The notes below the pieces were generated by a model. The model was not told the DNA's origin, did no database searches, and saw only the letters and a list, made by a program, of their open reading frames with translations. The translations under genes and the position numbers were made by a program. This document shows positions 36,884-51,539 of a stretch of DNA of 64,000 nucleotides, in pieces (position 1 is the stretch's first letter; the number at the start of each line of letters is the position of its first letter). Origin of the DNA: Octopus sinensis (lineage: Eukaryota); the NCBI RefSeq assembly GCF_006345805.1, contig NC_043015.1:15748001-15812000 (forward strand), in the 5' to 3' direction.

Positions 36884-39800
36884 AATGGAAGTGTGCGATT
36901 GAAAATGAAATGAGATGGTATGGATGAACAGAATGGACTTTGGTCCCTTCTAAAAGTACGAATGGATGAATGAGAAATAGAAACCAAATACAAAGAGAAG
37001 AAGGAAGCGGAGGAAAGAGGGGATAGAGTGCAATGATTAGCAGTAGATGTAGGGGTAACGAATAGAGAGAGAGGGAGACAAAGAGAGACAGAGACAGAGA
37101 ACGAGACAGAGAGGGAATATATTAGGTGGCGTGTGCAACATATAGTTAAATGAGAAGTAATCTAGCATCATCAAGCGTCTGAAATTAGTTGGTTCAAAGA
37201 GTCGGAAGCTGATACTTGACTGTCGTGGGAACCGGATATGAAGTAAATATATTCTATAACTAATGTTGAAATATTTACCAAAAAGTAATTAGAAATTAAA
37301 ATAAGCACTAAGAATTTTTCCCGCTTCCTTTTATTTTGTAAGTTTCCAAGAGGAACAAGAAATTATATAGGAATTTAATTCCCACCTCAATCGATAACTT
37401 ACTCCTAAAGCTATGATTCCCTGCAGCTTGTTTGCACATGTTTATTTCCTAAATGAGCAGCACATTTCAGTGTGAATGTTCTTTGGCCATTAACAAGTAT
37501 TACAGTTTTTTTAGAAATTAATTAAATATTGAGAGAGTTGGTGTAACTGACAAATCCTTCACTTCATACATAGATAATTGTGTCCATGAGCAATTGATGT
37601 GTGAGGGAAATTTGTGTTTGTGTAGACCTGCAGAATACGAATGGATCGGCAGAATCGGTAGAGTGCTGGGCAAAATGCTTTGCACTATGTGGTTCTGCCA
37701 CTCTTCGTTCCACATCTTTACGATGGTTCCTCCACCTCTCCATCTCAAAAATAAAAATGACCTTGGTCTTGTGCTTATGCAGAAAATCAATATTTCAGAT
37801 GTTTAAATACATTTGTTCCTGGATTAAAAGAATTTTTCAGAATTTATCAGAATAGTCATGTTGATGATTTTATCCTACATTCAGGACGGTGCCCATCACT
37901 GAGCAGTATTGAACACTGTCCATTTTCATATTGAACGTCATATATCAACGTAACTGACCACTTCGACTGTTCTACCCCGATCTAATACATCATGCAAATT
38001 CTGCAGTGCTTTATACATAGGCAACGCTTTTTCCGTAAATGCTTTGGTATTTGTAGCAACGTTTATGGAGTCCTCAAACCCTTCACAAGTCGCTTTAATT
38101 CGCCAAGCCACACATTTGACCACGCAACGATCTGGAATGTTCTCTTACACCATGGTCGACTCATTCTTGCAGACGCAAGGAAAATCATGTCTTTACCCTG
38201 GGAACATCTACTCCGCAAAAGTACGCCTCAACTTCCACTATGCCTCACTTCAAGTGTCCTCTTCCTCTTTTCATTCCATTAAGAATATTCTGTAATTATA
38301 TCTTGTATATATTTACGGGTGGGTATATGTATAAGTGTGTGTCCTCCTACACACTTGGGTTTGCGTATATATTTGTATATATGTATATGTGCGTGTGTAA
38401 ATGGCAAATGTATGAGTGGAATCATGTTTCTTCCGGTACGACTGTATGGATATATGTGTATGACAGTGGAAAATCTCTTTTACTTCTGCTGAATGAAGGT
38501 TTTGTTCATCCATAATTAAGAGCATTCTAAAACTGCTTGTGTATGCATAAATAGTTCTCGTTTGTGTGGCTGCTATGCAACATATACACTTAATAATTCA
38601 TAACGTATGCCAGCTGGGTCTATCATTAATACGTGGCACGATTCTCGACTAACCTGATGTTCCATTCGTTTTGATAAAATTCGAATAGTTGTCTTTATGT
38701 TTAGATCACATTTACTGAATTAGTGATAAAATCTAAGATGAGAATTTGAAATTGCCATAGGCAATGAGTACATTGAAGTTCCTACTTCGAAGGAAATTAG
38801 AGTTTTGTACTTTTTTGAAATTAATAAATGTTTCTCCTGAAAAAGTCTGAAGACATCTAGAATGTAGATAAATGTTACAGAATCGAAGGAGTTCACACAC
38901 ACACACACACACACACACAACATCTGACGGTAATCAACAGAATTAGCTGTAGTTGCACTATCCTTTTTTGCATACATAGGTCATGTGAAAAAATTCAGTG
39001 TAATGGGAGGAAAAACACTTTCTCTAAATAGCGTAGGTAGGCAAATACCAAGTTACCAACAATAAAAAAAAAACAAGTACAATCAGTAGTGGCTAACGAT
39101 TTTATGGTATAGTATAATTTATAGTGAAAAAATATCAGCCGCTATGAGGCAAAGAATTTTATCGAATATCTCAGAGTTCTAGGAGGAAGTGTTGATAAAG
39201 AAAACCCTCCCACGGTAAGGCCTCTGGAATGTAGTTAAAATTATCAACGTCAGAATGTTAAGTTGCATAAACGGGGTTGGGGAAGAAAAACTAACGATAT
39301 TGATGTCAGTAAAATTAATTGGAGTGGGGCAGTATTAGATTCTTAGCAAGTATATCTCAAGAAATAGTATATTCTTACATTCAATCTCTGCTAAATGGTA
39401 ATGTCAGTTACAATATATCTCGTTATATCTTAACATCACAAAATTTTTTTTTTTTTCAGTAGTATTATTTATCTCCAGGTGATGCAACTAAGAATGTATA
39501 TGGAATAAATAAACTGGTTCATATAAACTAGATATCATTTATCAGGTTGTTCAGGGTACATATGCTAGACATCATTTTCTCAGATTCAGCTGGCATTCTT
39601 TCCTGTTCTAGGTCAAGGCACTAGTTTGACTTTTTAACTGACAGCGGTTCAGAGTTGGATTTAATGTTTCAAATATCGGTGTTTTAAGTTTGGTTTGTTA
39701 GCTTTTTGCAAGTTTTTTTTTTCTTTTTTCCTCAGTAAGAAACTTTTTGATGCTAATCACAAATTTCGCTTCCAAATTAATTTCTACAAGATATTTTTTT

Positions 39801-40499
39801 ATTTAGGGTATCAGGTGAAAAGAATTGTCTACCACTACAAGAATGTTTGCTTTTGTTGTTCACATAAAAATGTAAATTTTTGATTGCCTTCGATTTGAGT
39901 AAAGTAATATTGTATTGGAGTACCTTCAAACAAATTCATTTTAGGACACAAATATGTTGTTATATAGTTTGTTATATAATATGTAGCTATGTAGTTTTCA
40001 TTTTTTTAATTGATACCGTAATCATTAAACTCAGTTTATAACTTGTCTTCAATTTCTACTTGGTGCTTCTTCTTTTAGGCTATTCATCTTAGAAAAATGG
40101 CAAAACTCCACATTCTCAATTCCACTTACGAATTACAGAGTTCATTCTTCTGCTTATGCATGTTATATATAATAGCAGTCATACAACTAAGGTTGTACGG
40201 TTTCCAAATTTTCCCTTTCATTTCTTCTCGGTTAAAATATGATATTTTAAGTGAATTTCATACATATATAAAATCAATTGTAAGTTTATGGCGTATATTT
40301 TTCCTTTTTTTATTGTCCGTGGGAAAGAAGCATAATCAGCAGAGAATATGAAAACAATCGCTCGCGAGTTCAAATGTGAAAGAATGAAATATTTTTTCTG
40401 GGCTATCAAGCCAGTTAATATAAGATGAGAGAAGCAAAACTGTTGTGGCACCAGAATTGAGAACCTTTGCTGTGCATTGTCATGCAGCAATAACACTTG

Positions 40500-41340
40500 C
40501 TTTAACATGAGAATTGCTGGTTTCCGTTTGTTGGCCAGAATTTCTCTGTAGTCTACAGTGGTGATGTTCCAAAGTGGGCCCTTTTGCTTCCCCGGAAAGG
40601 TATCACATTTTCTGCTGACGGTTGAGTCTCGAATTTTCGGGCGTTCTTTTTACATTTTTTAAACTTTTTCACCAGCATTTCAAGTTGTTTATACTCTATG
40701 GTCTACCTTTCAGATTCTGGATCAACATGATGGACTCAGGTTTCATATCCTCTCGCTATTCTCTCCCAAAAAACTTTGCCTTTATCGTGTAAGCGTTGAC
40801 AGATCTCCACACGATTACGATTATGCGCTTCGGTAAGCTCTCTTGGCACCCATCTTGCACAGACTTTACAGAAGCGAAGCTTGTCGTAGATGATTTCGCA
40901 TGTAGAACCATGACAAATTTGAAGAGAACATGCCACCTCATCGATGGTCACTCGTCGGTCCGCCAGAACCACCTCTCGAGTCTGTCGAATCTTCATGTAA
41001 GTGGTGGTGGTTGATTGTCGTCCTTCTCCCTCTTCTTGCTTCACGCTTTCCGACTATTTTTAAACATCTTCATCCACACCTCTGCGCGGTAGAGCGCAGT
41101 CCCCGTATTGTATGAATTTCAACCCGCGACACATTTTCAGAACAGAGAAATCACTTATTTCTGTTCTTCCTTGGTGTGCACTGCCAACAGGGCGGCCATG
41201 TTTACTTTAACACAAGGGAGAAAACTGCAGTGATCAAGGTCAAATTTCGGTCATGTAACCAGAAGATCGCCACCTAAAGCACGCGAGCGCTGAAGGCGGT
41301 GCGGCCAACCTAAAAAAAGTTTGGCGAAAACACAATAATT
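40500..41340 (-). mobile_element. Decayed mariner-family transposase fragment
   Basis: ATG at 41199: MAALLAVHTKEEQ..., then DRRVTIDEVACSLQICHGS..EII.DKLRFCKVCARWVPRELT. Confidence 0.85.
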
Positions 41341-41744
41341 TTTGACTTCTCCTTGTGTTTACTGTTATGTATTTAGAATGTTGCTAAGATATGTTTGCTA
41401 GAAACGCAGCGATCCGTTTACCTTGCGGTCTGTAGAGGAGTTTCTGCGCAATCGCTCAACCTACTATAATTAAGAGCTATATCACCACCAAATGGCACTC
41501 TACAATCTAAAAATTCAGGAACATACTGAATTAAGGTTTTCCTGGATATATGCCTGCCAAAATAGATTGAGTTACTGAAGCTCAAATACCAGTCGAACAT
41601 GTCAACTCGGTTCATAGAAACGAGTGGATCAACACGTAGAGACGCTATTATAGAGAAACTACTCAAAAACTTCTAAAAGTTTTCAGAAAGACCAACGCAA
41701 ATACATCAAATTATGATATTTATCAAACCTCTATTTACAAGATA

Positions 41745-41906
41745 GGCGCAGGCGTGACTGCGTAATAAGGTGTTTGCTTTCCAACCACATGGTCCTGGGT
41801 TCAGTGCCACTGCGTAGCACCTTGGGTAAGTTTCTTCTACTAAAGTCACGGGCCGACAAAACCCTTGTGAATGGGTATGGCAGACTGAAACTGAAAGAAA
41901 CCCGTC

Positions 41907-41915
<9 letters not shown>
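41745..41915 (+). mobile_element. SINE family A, 5' half
   Basis: GGCGCAGGCGTGACTGCGTAATAAGGTGTTTGCTTTCCAACCACATGGTCCTGGGTTCAGTGCCACTGCG followed by (TG)n. Confidence 0.8.
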
Positions 41916-42001
<86 letters not shown>

Positions 42002-42019
42002 CGTGTGTGTGTGTGCGTG

Positions 42020-42565
<546 letters not shown>

Positions 42566-42690
42566 TAGTTGAAATTTATTGAAAAACAAGAAGACAGGGG
42601 TATAAACAACAAGAAAGGAATAAGAGAAAATAAACAGAGAGAATTTTAAAAACTTGTAGATCTAGCGGTCAGGTAGACAATACATATATA

Positions 42691-43700
42691 CAGTTGCGGC
42701 CAAAATGTTCAGAACGGCATTGTTTTCGTCAGAAAAGTAGGTATAAGTTTTTATTAAAGTTGTTTTATATTCTATAATTTTCACAGACAATAAATACTAT
42801 TAATTGGTATTGTCTGAGATATTGGTGTAATTTGAGTGGATAATACAAAAGTTATGGATGATATAGTGATTTACTGCAAAACCCATGGTGGCCAAAATGA
42901 TCAGAACGGTTGAAAAAATAACAAAATAATCAAAAAGTGACAGAGAATGCTGGAATTATTTCATATTTAGTGTGAAGCCCTTTAGCTTCAATCAAAGTTT
43001 GACATTTTTGACTGCATGGGGAAATTAAATTTTCAATTTCTTGCTGGGTGATCTTATTCCATTCTTCGTGAAGGGCATTCCATAATTGCTCGGTTGTTTT
43101 AGGATTTCTGGCTTTCAAACGTTCTCTTAGAATATTCCACATATTTTCAATAAGATTGAGGTCTGGGCTTTGAGCAGGCCAATCCATAACAATAACCTTT
43201 TCAGCCTTGAGGAAGTTCATGACCACCTTAGCCTTGTGACATGGGGCATTGTCCTGCATGAATATGGGTGGTCGCTTAGTTGAATTTCTCAGCACAGGCA
43301 AGACATGATCTTTTACAATTTGTTTATAAACTCCTGCATTTACCTTTCCATGTAATCGCAGCTAAGGGCCCACAACATCTGCAGATATCATCCCCCAAAC
43401 CATGACACTTCCTCACCGAATTTAACACTAGTCTTAAGGCATTTAGGTGACAATTTTTCACCTGCTTTTCGACGAACGTACCTTTTCCCATCTGAGCCAA
43501 ATAACATAGACTTAGATTCATCACTGAAATGCACCGTTTGCCATTTTTCTTGAGACCACAACACATGTTCGGTTGCAAAAGTAAGTCGACACTTTTTATT
43601 CTTGGAGCTGATCAGTGGCTTCACTGCAGGTGCTCTTGCTTGTAGGTCATGTTCAACTAAAGGACGAGACACAGTTTTTCGAGATAAAGTTTTCTTCAGT
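42691..43700 (-). mobile_element. Tc1-like (DD34E) transposon, 5'-truncated, IR/DR-type end
   Basis: VHFSDESK, IFMQDNAPCHKAK and WPAQSPDLNLIENMW. End TA|CAGTTGCGGCCAAAATGTTCAGAACGG with inner direct repeat GTGGCCAAAATGATCAGAACGG at 42888-42909. Confidence 0.92.
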
Positions 43701-44040
43701 ACAATATATTTATATCGAAGTGTAATCTACCACTGTAATCATTTCTTAAATATAGCCACGAAACAGATGTCGTTATTCTACCAATTATATACGTTTTTAT
43801 TATTACTTTTTTTGCAATTTACTTAATCATTGACATTTTATTGTTATTTTAATTTTAATATTTCTATTATATGTAATTTTCTAGATGGTGTAATTTAATT
43901 GTTCATTTTGAATGGATAAAAGGTGTTTTTTTCTAATTTTGTATATATATACATTATATTGTGTGAAATTTCATTTAGTATTTCTAAATTGAATTTTTTT
44001 CCTTGTAAGTTTGGATTTTATTCACTCAAATAATAATTAT

Positions 44041-44074
<34 letters not shown>

Positions 44075-44979
44075 TGTATGTATGTATGTATGTATGTATG
44101 TATGCATATGTATGTATATGTATGTATAATTATAATTGTGCGCGCGTGTGCGTTCGTGTGTGTGTGTAAAGATTGGTAGGGTAAAATCCCAGTTGCTTCC
44201 TCTTGAAGCACATCTTATTCCATTATCAAATGCATATGAATGGTGACACAGAAATTCATATGTACAAGATTGTTTTCAGTGGCTCTTTTGGCAGATTTCT
44301 ATGGGATAACTTTTAGATATTCCTCCCAGGAGAACTGGTCGAGGATAGAGTAAAGTTTCCAGGTGTTATCAATAGCTGAGGGAAATATCTGAATGATTTT
44401 AAAGGTTTCACGAAATGTCTGTAGCAGAGGGCAGGAAGCCAAACTGATATGGGTGCGGAAGGATAGTTCACTTGTAGGAATTTCCGTCCTCTTGAAAAGC
44501 AAACACTAAAACAACATCCTCTAATAACACAAACTACTACAACTGCAGCTACAACAAAAATTAAAAAAACTACCTAAACAACATTATCATCAAAATAAAA
44601 ACAAGAACCAACATCATCAAAATTAAAGGCAATGTACACTCGTCAGAACTGTGAAAGAACAGAGAAGGGGCAAGTAGTCACACTTCCGTCAAGGTCAACG
44701 GTAAAATTTACTTTCCAAAACATTTAACATCAACACCACAACCACCACCAACACCACCACCACCACTACCATCATCATCAACAACAACAACACTATCACA
44801 ATCAACAGTAGCACATACATTCCTTCTGCTAATTCGTCTTGTAATTGATGTCTTTAGTTTTTATTATACACATTTTATTATACACATATTATACACATTT
44901 ATCCACATTTAGCAGATTTTATAGCAATGTAAATTGACCAAAGTACTTGACTAGTGATTTATTGTATTGACGCAAGTAA

Positions 44980-45290
44980 AAGAATGAATAGAAAGTTGCA
45001 GAATCAGTGGGGAAGAATGTTGTTCGGCTGATTCTCAAAACTTTGGCTGACCAGAAGCTGGAGAACTGGTGAGATGCTGGCAAATCTGCAAATATAGTAA
45101 TTTTACCGCTACTTTCCAATGACCGACAGCTATATTTTTTTATTTCTACTAAAGGATTAGTAATAAAAAAAAAACTATTACACTCGAGAGATAGGTGTAA
45201 TAGTTGATCGGCGAACTTGTTAAATGATCTCCAACCAATTGGTAGAGATAGCGGGATCAGTGTATACAAACTACTGGGATTTGCTTTATT
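44980..45290 (+). mobile_element. Possible decayed CR1/L2-type RT fragment
   Basis: Cross-frame SWRTGEM...KSANIV.LP and LQPI....VYKLL weakly resemble the SL.TG.VP.DWK.ANV.P and YRPISL...KLLE motifs. Confidence 0.3.
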
Positions 45291-45629
45291 ATTGGATGAC
45301 TACAATCACCTTTCCTTTAGTGATTGTTATTTTGTATTGATATTTGTGTTGCTTTCGAGTTGTTAAGATGTAAGGAACAAACTATCGTTTTGATAACTGA
45401 AGAAACCAAAAGAATATTAAGTCTCGTAACCGTTTACGCTCCACTTGGAGCGAACTGGTCTCTCTTTTCAAATTGCCGTCCTTGATGTATTCCACTCTTC
45501 AAAATTAGTGAGGAACAGGAATACAATGGCAAGCAAAATATTAAATTGGAGACCCACATTTGTGGTTAGCGACACAAAATGACCAGAAGTGTGTAAATGA
45601 AAATACCCTACATCCTCTGTAATAATTGA

Positions 45630-46300
45630 TTTCCTCCACGAGATATTTGCTCGATATAGTATACCGTATACCATTGTCCGATAATGGGACACGGTTTACG
45701 GAGTCTCAATTCAGAGATATCTGCCAGATGTTCCAAATTGATCATATAACTACGCCACAATATCACCCACGGCCAAATGGTTTGGCGGAACGGTTCGTGG
45801 ACACATTCAAGAGGACGTTAAGAAAAGCGAACAACAGAAAGATTGATCCGGTATTAATAAAATTTCTAAGGGTGTACAGATTTACTCCAAACGCATCAGG
45901 TAAATCTCCAGCCGAATTAATGTTCGCAAGAAAGATTAAGTCCATATTCAACAAACTACTATGAAGCAGAGAAAAAGACTTGGAATAACAATGACAAAAG
46001 CGCTGCAACGGAAACTTTTGAAGTTGGTGAAATCGTACAGATATGGAAAACAATAATGAGAGGACGGTATTATTTGTAATAGAATTGGAAAACCGATCTA
46101 TATGGTAAAAAGGCAAAAAGACAAAAATTTGATTTCAAGACATGCAAGCCAGTCGAGAAAAAGATACCCCGAGGATATAAATGCAAAGAAAGCAGAACCT
46201 ATGGATTTTATGTACACTGTTTGGAGTACTATTACCAGATAAACTGACACACCCGTTCGGAGTAGTACTAGAAAAATGAAATTTCCAGAACCTTTAATGG
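45630..46300 (+). mobile_element. Ty3/Gypsy integrase fragment
   Basis: SDNGTRFT..QFRD.C....I.HITTPQYHPRPNGLAERFVDTFKR.L...FL..YR.TP..SGKSPAELMF.RKI. Confidence 0.88.
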
Positions 46301-46396
46301 TTGACCTAAAGTAGAAAAAGTATTGAACTCCGTTTGGAGTTGATCTTTTCTTTTCTTTTTTTTTTTAGGGGAGATATGGAGGAGAAAAGTGTATAC

Positions 46397-46447
46397 CCAC
46401 ACTCCGAGAAATGCACAGTTTAAAACTGTGCATTTCTCGGAGTGTGG
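46397..46447. repeat. Perfect 51-bp hairpin (25-bp arms, 1-nt loop)
   Basis: CCACACTCCGAGAAATGCACAGTTT-A-AAACTGTGCATTTCTCGGAGTGTGG. Confidence 0.95.
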
Positions 46448-46490
46448 ATACTCCCGCACGTGACTGTCAGTGGACAGGATGCATCTTATA

Positions 46491-46876
46491 AACTAGCTGA
46501 CCCCGTGCCGTCAAAAATGATGGTTAATTGTATTTTATATATAAGGTACATAATAATCAGATACGTTCACATTCTTCCCTTGTACACGCACACACATACA
46601 CACATATACTCACACAGTTGAAATCGTTGTTTGATTTTTCTTTTCAGCATTGAATGTTCACCATCCCACTTCCATTGCATACACACACACACACACACAC
46701 ACACACAACTCTCTTTTGCATACACACACATACTCACGCAGTTGATTTTTTTTCACCGTAGAATTTCCATCATCCCACTACCAAGTTGGCTATCACCCCT
46801 TCCTTCCTTATTCATCTATCACTCCTTCCTTTCTCATATGTTGTGACGGAGAAAGACAAGAATATTATAGTAGATA
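46491..46876 (+). mobile_element. Non-autonomous Helitron/HINE-like element with internal CA repeats
   Basis: Starts AACTAGCTGACCCCGTGCCGTCA and ends TGTGACGGAG...AATATTATAGTAGAT, resembling Lep1/DINE-1-type termini. Confidence 0.55.
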
Positions 46877-48881
46877 GAATGAGCCAGTAGGCAGTTAGGG
46901 GCGAACTGTGAGAGGGTAAGTCTCGTTATTGTGCTAACGGTTATAAGGTAACCAACTCTTTTTACTTTGCTTATACGATTATAATTGGTACTGTGGTATA
47001 TACTCACTCACGTATTAGAAAATAAATACCGTACATATTGTCCAGTTTCGCATTGTCAGCTATTAGACCGCCAAATTCATGACATGTGTAGGCAACGAAC
47101 ATCTATAAATATATCTGGCTGTTGAAATTTTAACGCACCGTTCCTGCCACGGAAAATTTACAAATATCAAATCACTTATTTTGTTCATAATATTTTGACA
47201 AGTGCTAAAATGTATTGGATATGTCCAAAGGTAAAGATTAAATTAAAGTTAGATGCAACGCCAGAGAGAAAACTTGGCTTTAAGCGATAGCAGTATTACC
47301 GATGTGATGTTGTGAAGCTGCATGTCTTTAGATTCGGAGGAACGAAAGTGTACAATGTCCGATCCTTAACAGATATGCGAGGAATTTTGTAATATGTAGA
47401 GAGCTGCAGAGAATGGAATAGTGCAAGTGACTGCTCGTAATGACCGAAGTAAAGACGGTAGCTCTCCTCGACTTGTTTGCACTTTAAAATCTATTCATCA
47501 GCGCGGTTTTTTCATGACTGCTAGCATTTGCAGCAGCGTGAGGCGAGATGTAATTGCATTGGTGAGGAAAGTACGAAGATCGGAGACCTTTTTATAAAAT
47601 TCTATGTTCATTACTCTGCTGAATATCTGGCTCAGATTTTGGTACTTAATGCTCACAAAAAAAGTTAACGTTTGTTCTCCGTGACATTGAAAAGAAAAAC
47701 ATGTTCACGTATTTATAGATCCATCTAGAATAAGTGCTATTTAATGTGCAAAACTGTAAAAAGAGCTGAGGCTTAGATTTCCATTCAACTCCCGATGTAA
47801 ACTATCCGAAATCAGTGGCTTTGCATTTCATCTGCTGGAAAAACCTCTTCATATCAATGGAACACTTTTTTGGTTAAGGGTTGTCCCCACTTATTTTTTG
47901 CGGTTACTTTAACTGGTAGACCCTATTACTAGAGACGGCTAATGCGAACATTACTTCGGTGGTACAACTACTGAAACATATCTTGTGGAATATCGGATGA
48001 AATTAGAAACGGTTGATCTACAGGAAGTCTTCCTCGAGCACTGAGTATGCTGTCTTTACCTGCCCAAGGACGTGTGCCGAGACTGCGGCATTTGCAGTGC
48101 GGAACCTATTTTGGCATTTTAATAAAGCTGTAGTTTTAATCAAGTAGGATGAGTACTTGGCACTTGGAATATTGCCACGCACACACTGCACCCTGCGAAC
48201 TAGCCACTGCATTCAATGGGACACGGAACTTCCATTCGACAAAAAAAAAATTAATCAGAATCATTAGCGTCAATGTTCTAGGCTTTACATCAGGCGCCGA
48301 TCACAGACTTATATGCTCATAACTTTATGCAATGCCTAGTGGAAAATATTCTTTTGATTAGTCTTTTACACATTCAGGCTTGGTAATCACGCCAGAAAGT
48401 GATGTAATCTTTTGTTTCCGCAAACAGATGTTCCTGCTCTTAATCATTATAATAATGTTCTCATTGCAGGTTTTCGTGAAGGTCCTTTCTCAGAAACTTG
48501 TCTCAGGGGCTTGAGTATGTTTATAATGTCTTTTCTTACCCTCTCAGCTGTACTACAGGTGTTTTATAATCATTCTATATTTGTAAGAGTCTGTTCTTTC
48601 ATCTATGTCAAATTTAGACGATGTTAGTTAATTTTTTCTTGTTTTCCTGTCTGCATTTCGTAACTCTATTTCTATGATATTGACATTACAAGTAAATTAG
48701 TTTGCTCACAAAGTGGCACTTTGTTACTTGTGGCTTGAAGGATTGTTAGGGTGTCTGATACAACTCTTTATTGTATTTGTTCAAGCAGTTAGTTCAAATC
48801 CTGTCGAGTTCACCCTAGCTTTTCATTTTAAAAAATCTGTCTAGCACTGGAGCTCTCTTTCTTTTTCAATTTCTTTTTCTT

Positions 48882-48946
<65 letters not shown>

Positions 48947-49058
48947 CTTTCTTTCTCTCTCTCTCTCTCTTTCGCTCTCTCTCTCGCGCTCACTCTCTCT
49001 CTCTTGCTCTCTCTCTCTTGCTCTCTCTCTCTCTCGCTCGCTCTCTCTCTCTCTCTCC

Positions 49059-49570
49059 TACGCCTTATACTGTGGGAACCGTGGTGCCTCTTTCTACAGA
49101 AACGGAGAGGGGTTGAACGAGGGCAAGATTTCCACTCTTCACAGAAAAGCCAATTTGCTACTGAAACCGTTCAAGGGCGGCATAGTGTGCAATAGAGCAC
49201 AGAACGGAAATTAAGAAAGAAATGGGTTTATGCAAACTAATATATTTTTAATGGGGTGAATGTATGAGATGATGCTTAAAGATGTGATTTTAAATACATT
49301 TTATTTCCGTTGAGTAGAACACATCGGCTCCAGGGAAAATTATCAATGAATCCTAACAAGAAAATTTAGTACTTTTAAGATAAACAACGATATATATAAG
49401 TAAAAAATTAGCAAAAAAGAAAATGTATCAGTCTATGATGTCTCTTACAATTAGCATGAATCTTGAGTTCAAATGGCAAATGGTATGGGAATGTTCGCAT
49501 TTAAATTGATCATTTGTGAGAGAAACCTAATGAGAATAGTACATTTTCATATGATGTAAGTTAATAAAAT
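49059..49570. repeat. Diverged segmental duplicate of 53360-53830 (offset about 4.3 kb); both follow a (CT)n tract
   Basis: Shared anchors TTTGCTACTGAAACCGTTCAAGG (49154/53431), AAATACATTTTATTTCC, GGGAAAATTATCAATGAATCCTAACAA, GTACTTTTAAGATAA and GTTCAAATGGCA. Confidence 0.85.
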
Positions 49571-51539
49571 TGTGCGTGTGCGCGGGCGCTTTAGTTCATG
49601 TCGGTGATACATATCTTTGTATGTGTGCAACAAGACCAAATTATCCATGTAAGCGTTCCGAATAACTTAACTTGAAATTATTAACAAGTAAGTGTCTGTG
49701 TAACAAATCCTTCATGGTGAATAGAAACAGGTGTGTGAATGAGGTAAATATACTTGTCGGTTGATAGCAGGTTTGGCAACTGTAATTCAACAGGTAAACT
49801 ATTTTGACTAAAATGAAAGCAGCCATGGTAGATGCTGCCCAACCTAAGATTGGTGCTGTAGTGTTCTCTGTTTCGACTATGAGACAGAAATTATGTGACT
49901 AGAGTAGGAGAATAGCGAACAAGCTCTCACTTTTTATTAAAGTTTTATAACCATTATTTGGAACAGCTAGGTAGTCTCTTATGATTGGTTGAGTTTGATC
50001 AAGAAACAATTTGTTGCCAAGACTGAAAATAAAATCAATGCCCCATATTTGTCTACGGAATTTTATTTAATACGCGGTTAATATGCACCAGAAGTAACAA
50101 TTTGAAATTCCATAATTCCAAAAATGTTTGCATCGAAAGTCTCATCAGGCTAAGTGGCTTGATGGAATTAGTTCTTTGGTGCACTGGGAATGGGTATATA
50201 AAAAGGCAGAGATCCTCAGTCATACGCGCGAAACATTTTGGCTCATAATAACGCAATATTACCACGGACGTATTTGATACCTGATAGGTGGGCTTTCTGT
50301 GTTAGTTTAGGCCACATAGATATAGTCAATTGTGAACCATTTAAATTTTGTTGATCCAACGATGTAAGCATCCATACACAGACTATTGATGGACAGTGGA
50401 TATTCGCCAAGAAGAAACTCACGTGACAATGCAGAACGAGTAATGTTTTATTAACATTGTAACGGGTTCAAATGGAGAGTGGGGGAAATGTTACCACTGT
50501 AAAAGAACCAATATGGAGAGCGTTACTAATTTGAGCGTATTGGTGAAGTCAACGAATGTAAGTTGGCTTGAATGAATGTTGACAACTAAGAAAGAAATAT
50601 CAGAAGCCAAATACATAACAAAACATTTATTGTATACGTAACAAGCGCCGATGTGGCCTGGATGTTTGAATCAGGGGAGCCATAACGTACGTCTAAAGGA
50701 ATGCTTTAGTCATAAGATGATATAAACTGGCAGGCGGAGTTAGTATGTTCAAAGGAGACCTATGACAGTTGTGCCAATTGTTCGCCAACTAACTGAAAAA
50801 GGGTAGGTCATAGCTAAGGCGAATGGTATGTGTAGTCATGGCGAGCTTAATGTAAACTGGTAGTTGAAAGTTGATAAAAATACCAGAAGCTATACATTAT
50901 GAAAAAGTGTGACTGGTTGACTGGAACCTTCCTTCTTTCTGGACGGATGACATTATATTTATAGCCACGCGACCAGCTCCGATTAACTGCAGTTACCAAA
51001 GCACATCTGTGCTAATCCGCGACAACAAAGTATGGCTTCCTTGACTCACTACATTTTTGTATGAGTATATGCAGCAAAATCGAATCGGAAACGGCGAAAA
51101 GAACTATATATACGTTCTGTGCATCGTTTCCATGTTATAATGAAATTAAGGGATTTCACTGTCGTCACTTATGGTTTCCGTCACAATTTAATTACACATT
51201 TTTTTAGGAAACTAAACTGCATGTTAACCATTATCCACAACTTCGGATTTTGAATCTGGTTAGAATGCTATTACATTCATGTCTTCTGTTGGAAGCTCTT
51301 TGTAAAACAAATAAAAATTCAAGGTGGTTTTACCCGAAATTTTTCATCCTCACCTAAGTACTGTATATAAGTGGTCAGATCAAGTTCTTACTTGTGAAGA
51401 ACTGAGATATTTGTGTAAGAATGTGTTTATTGTTGCAAAGCATAGTTTGCCTGTAGTGCTAGCAGTGTGGATGAGATAAGTAATGCTAACGAAAGGAATG
51501 ATAAAATGGTCTCTATACAGTGCGTGTCTGACGTCCCAG

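Noticed and set aside
47200-48240. GC-richer non-repetitive block, possibly a decayed coding element
   Set aside because: No interpretable motif in any frame read by eye; it needs tBLASTx.
50040-50950. Possible piggyBac or other transposase relic (minus-strand ..VDKYGALI..)
   Set aside because: Similarity is limited to a few residues; not supportable without an HMM search.
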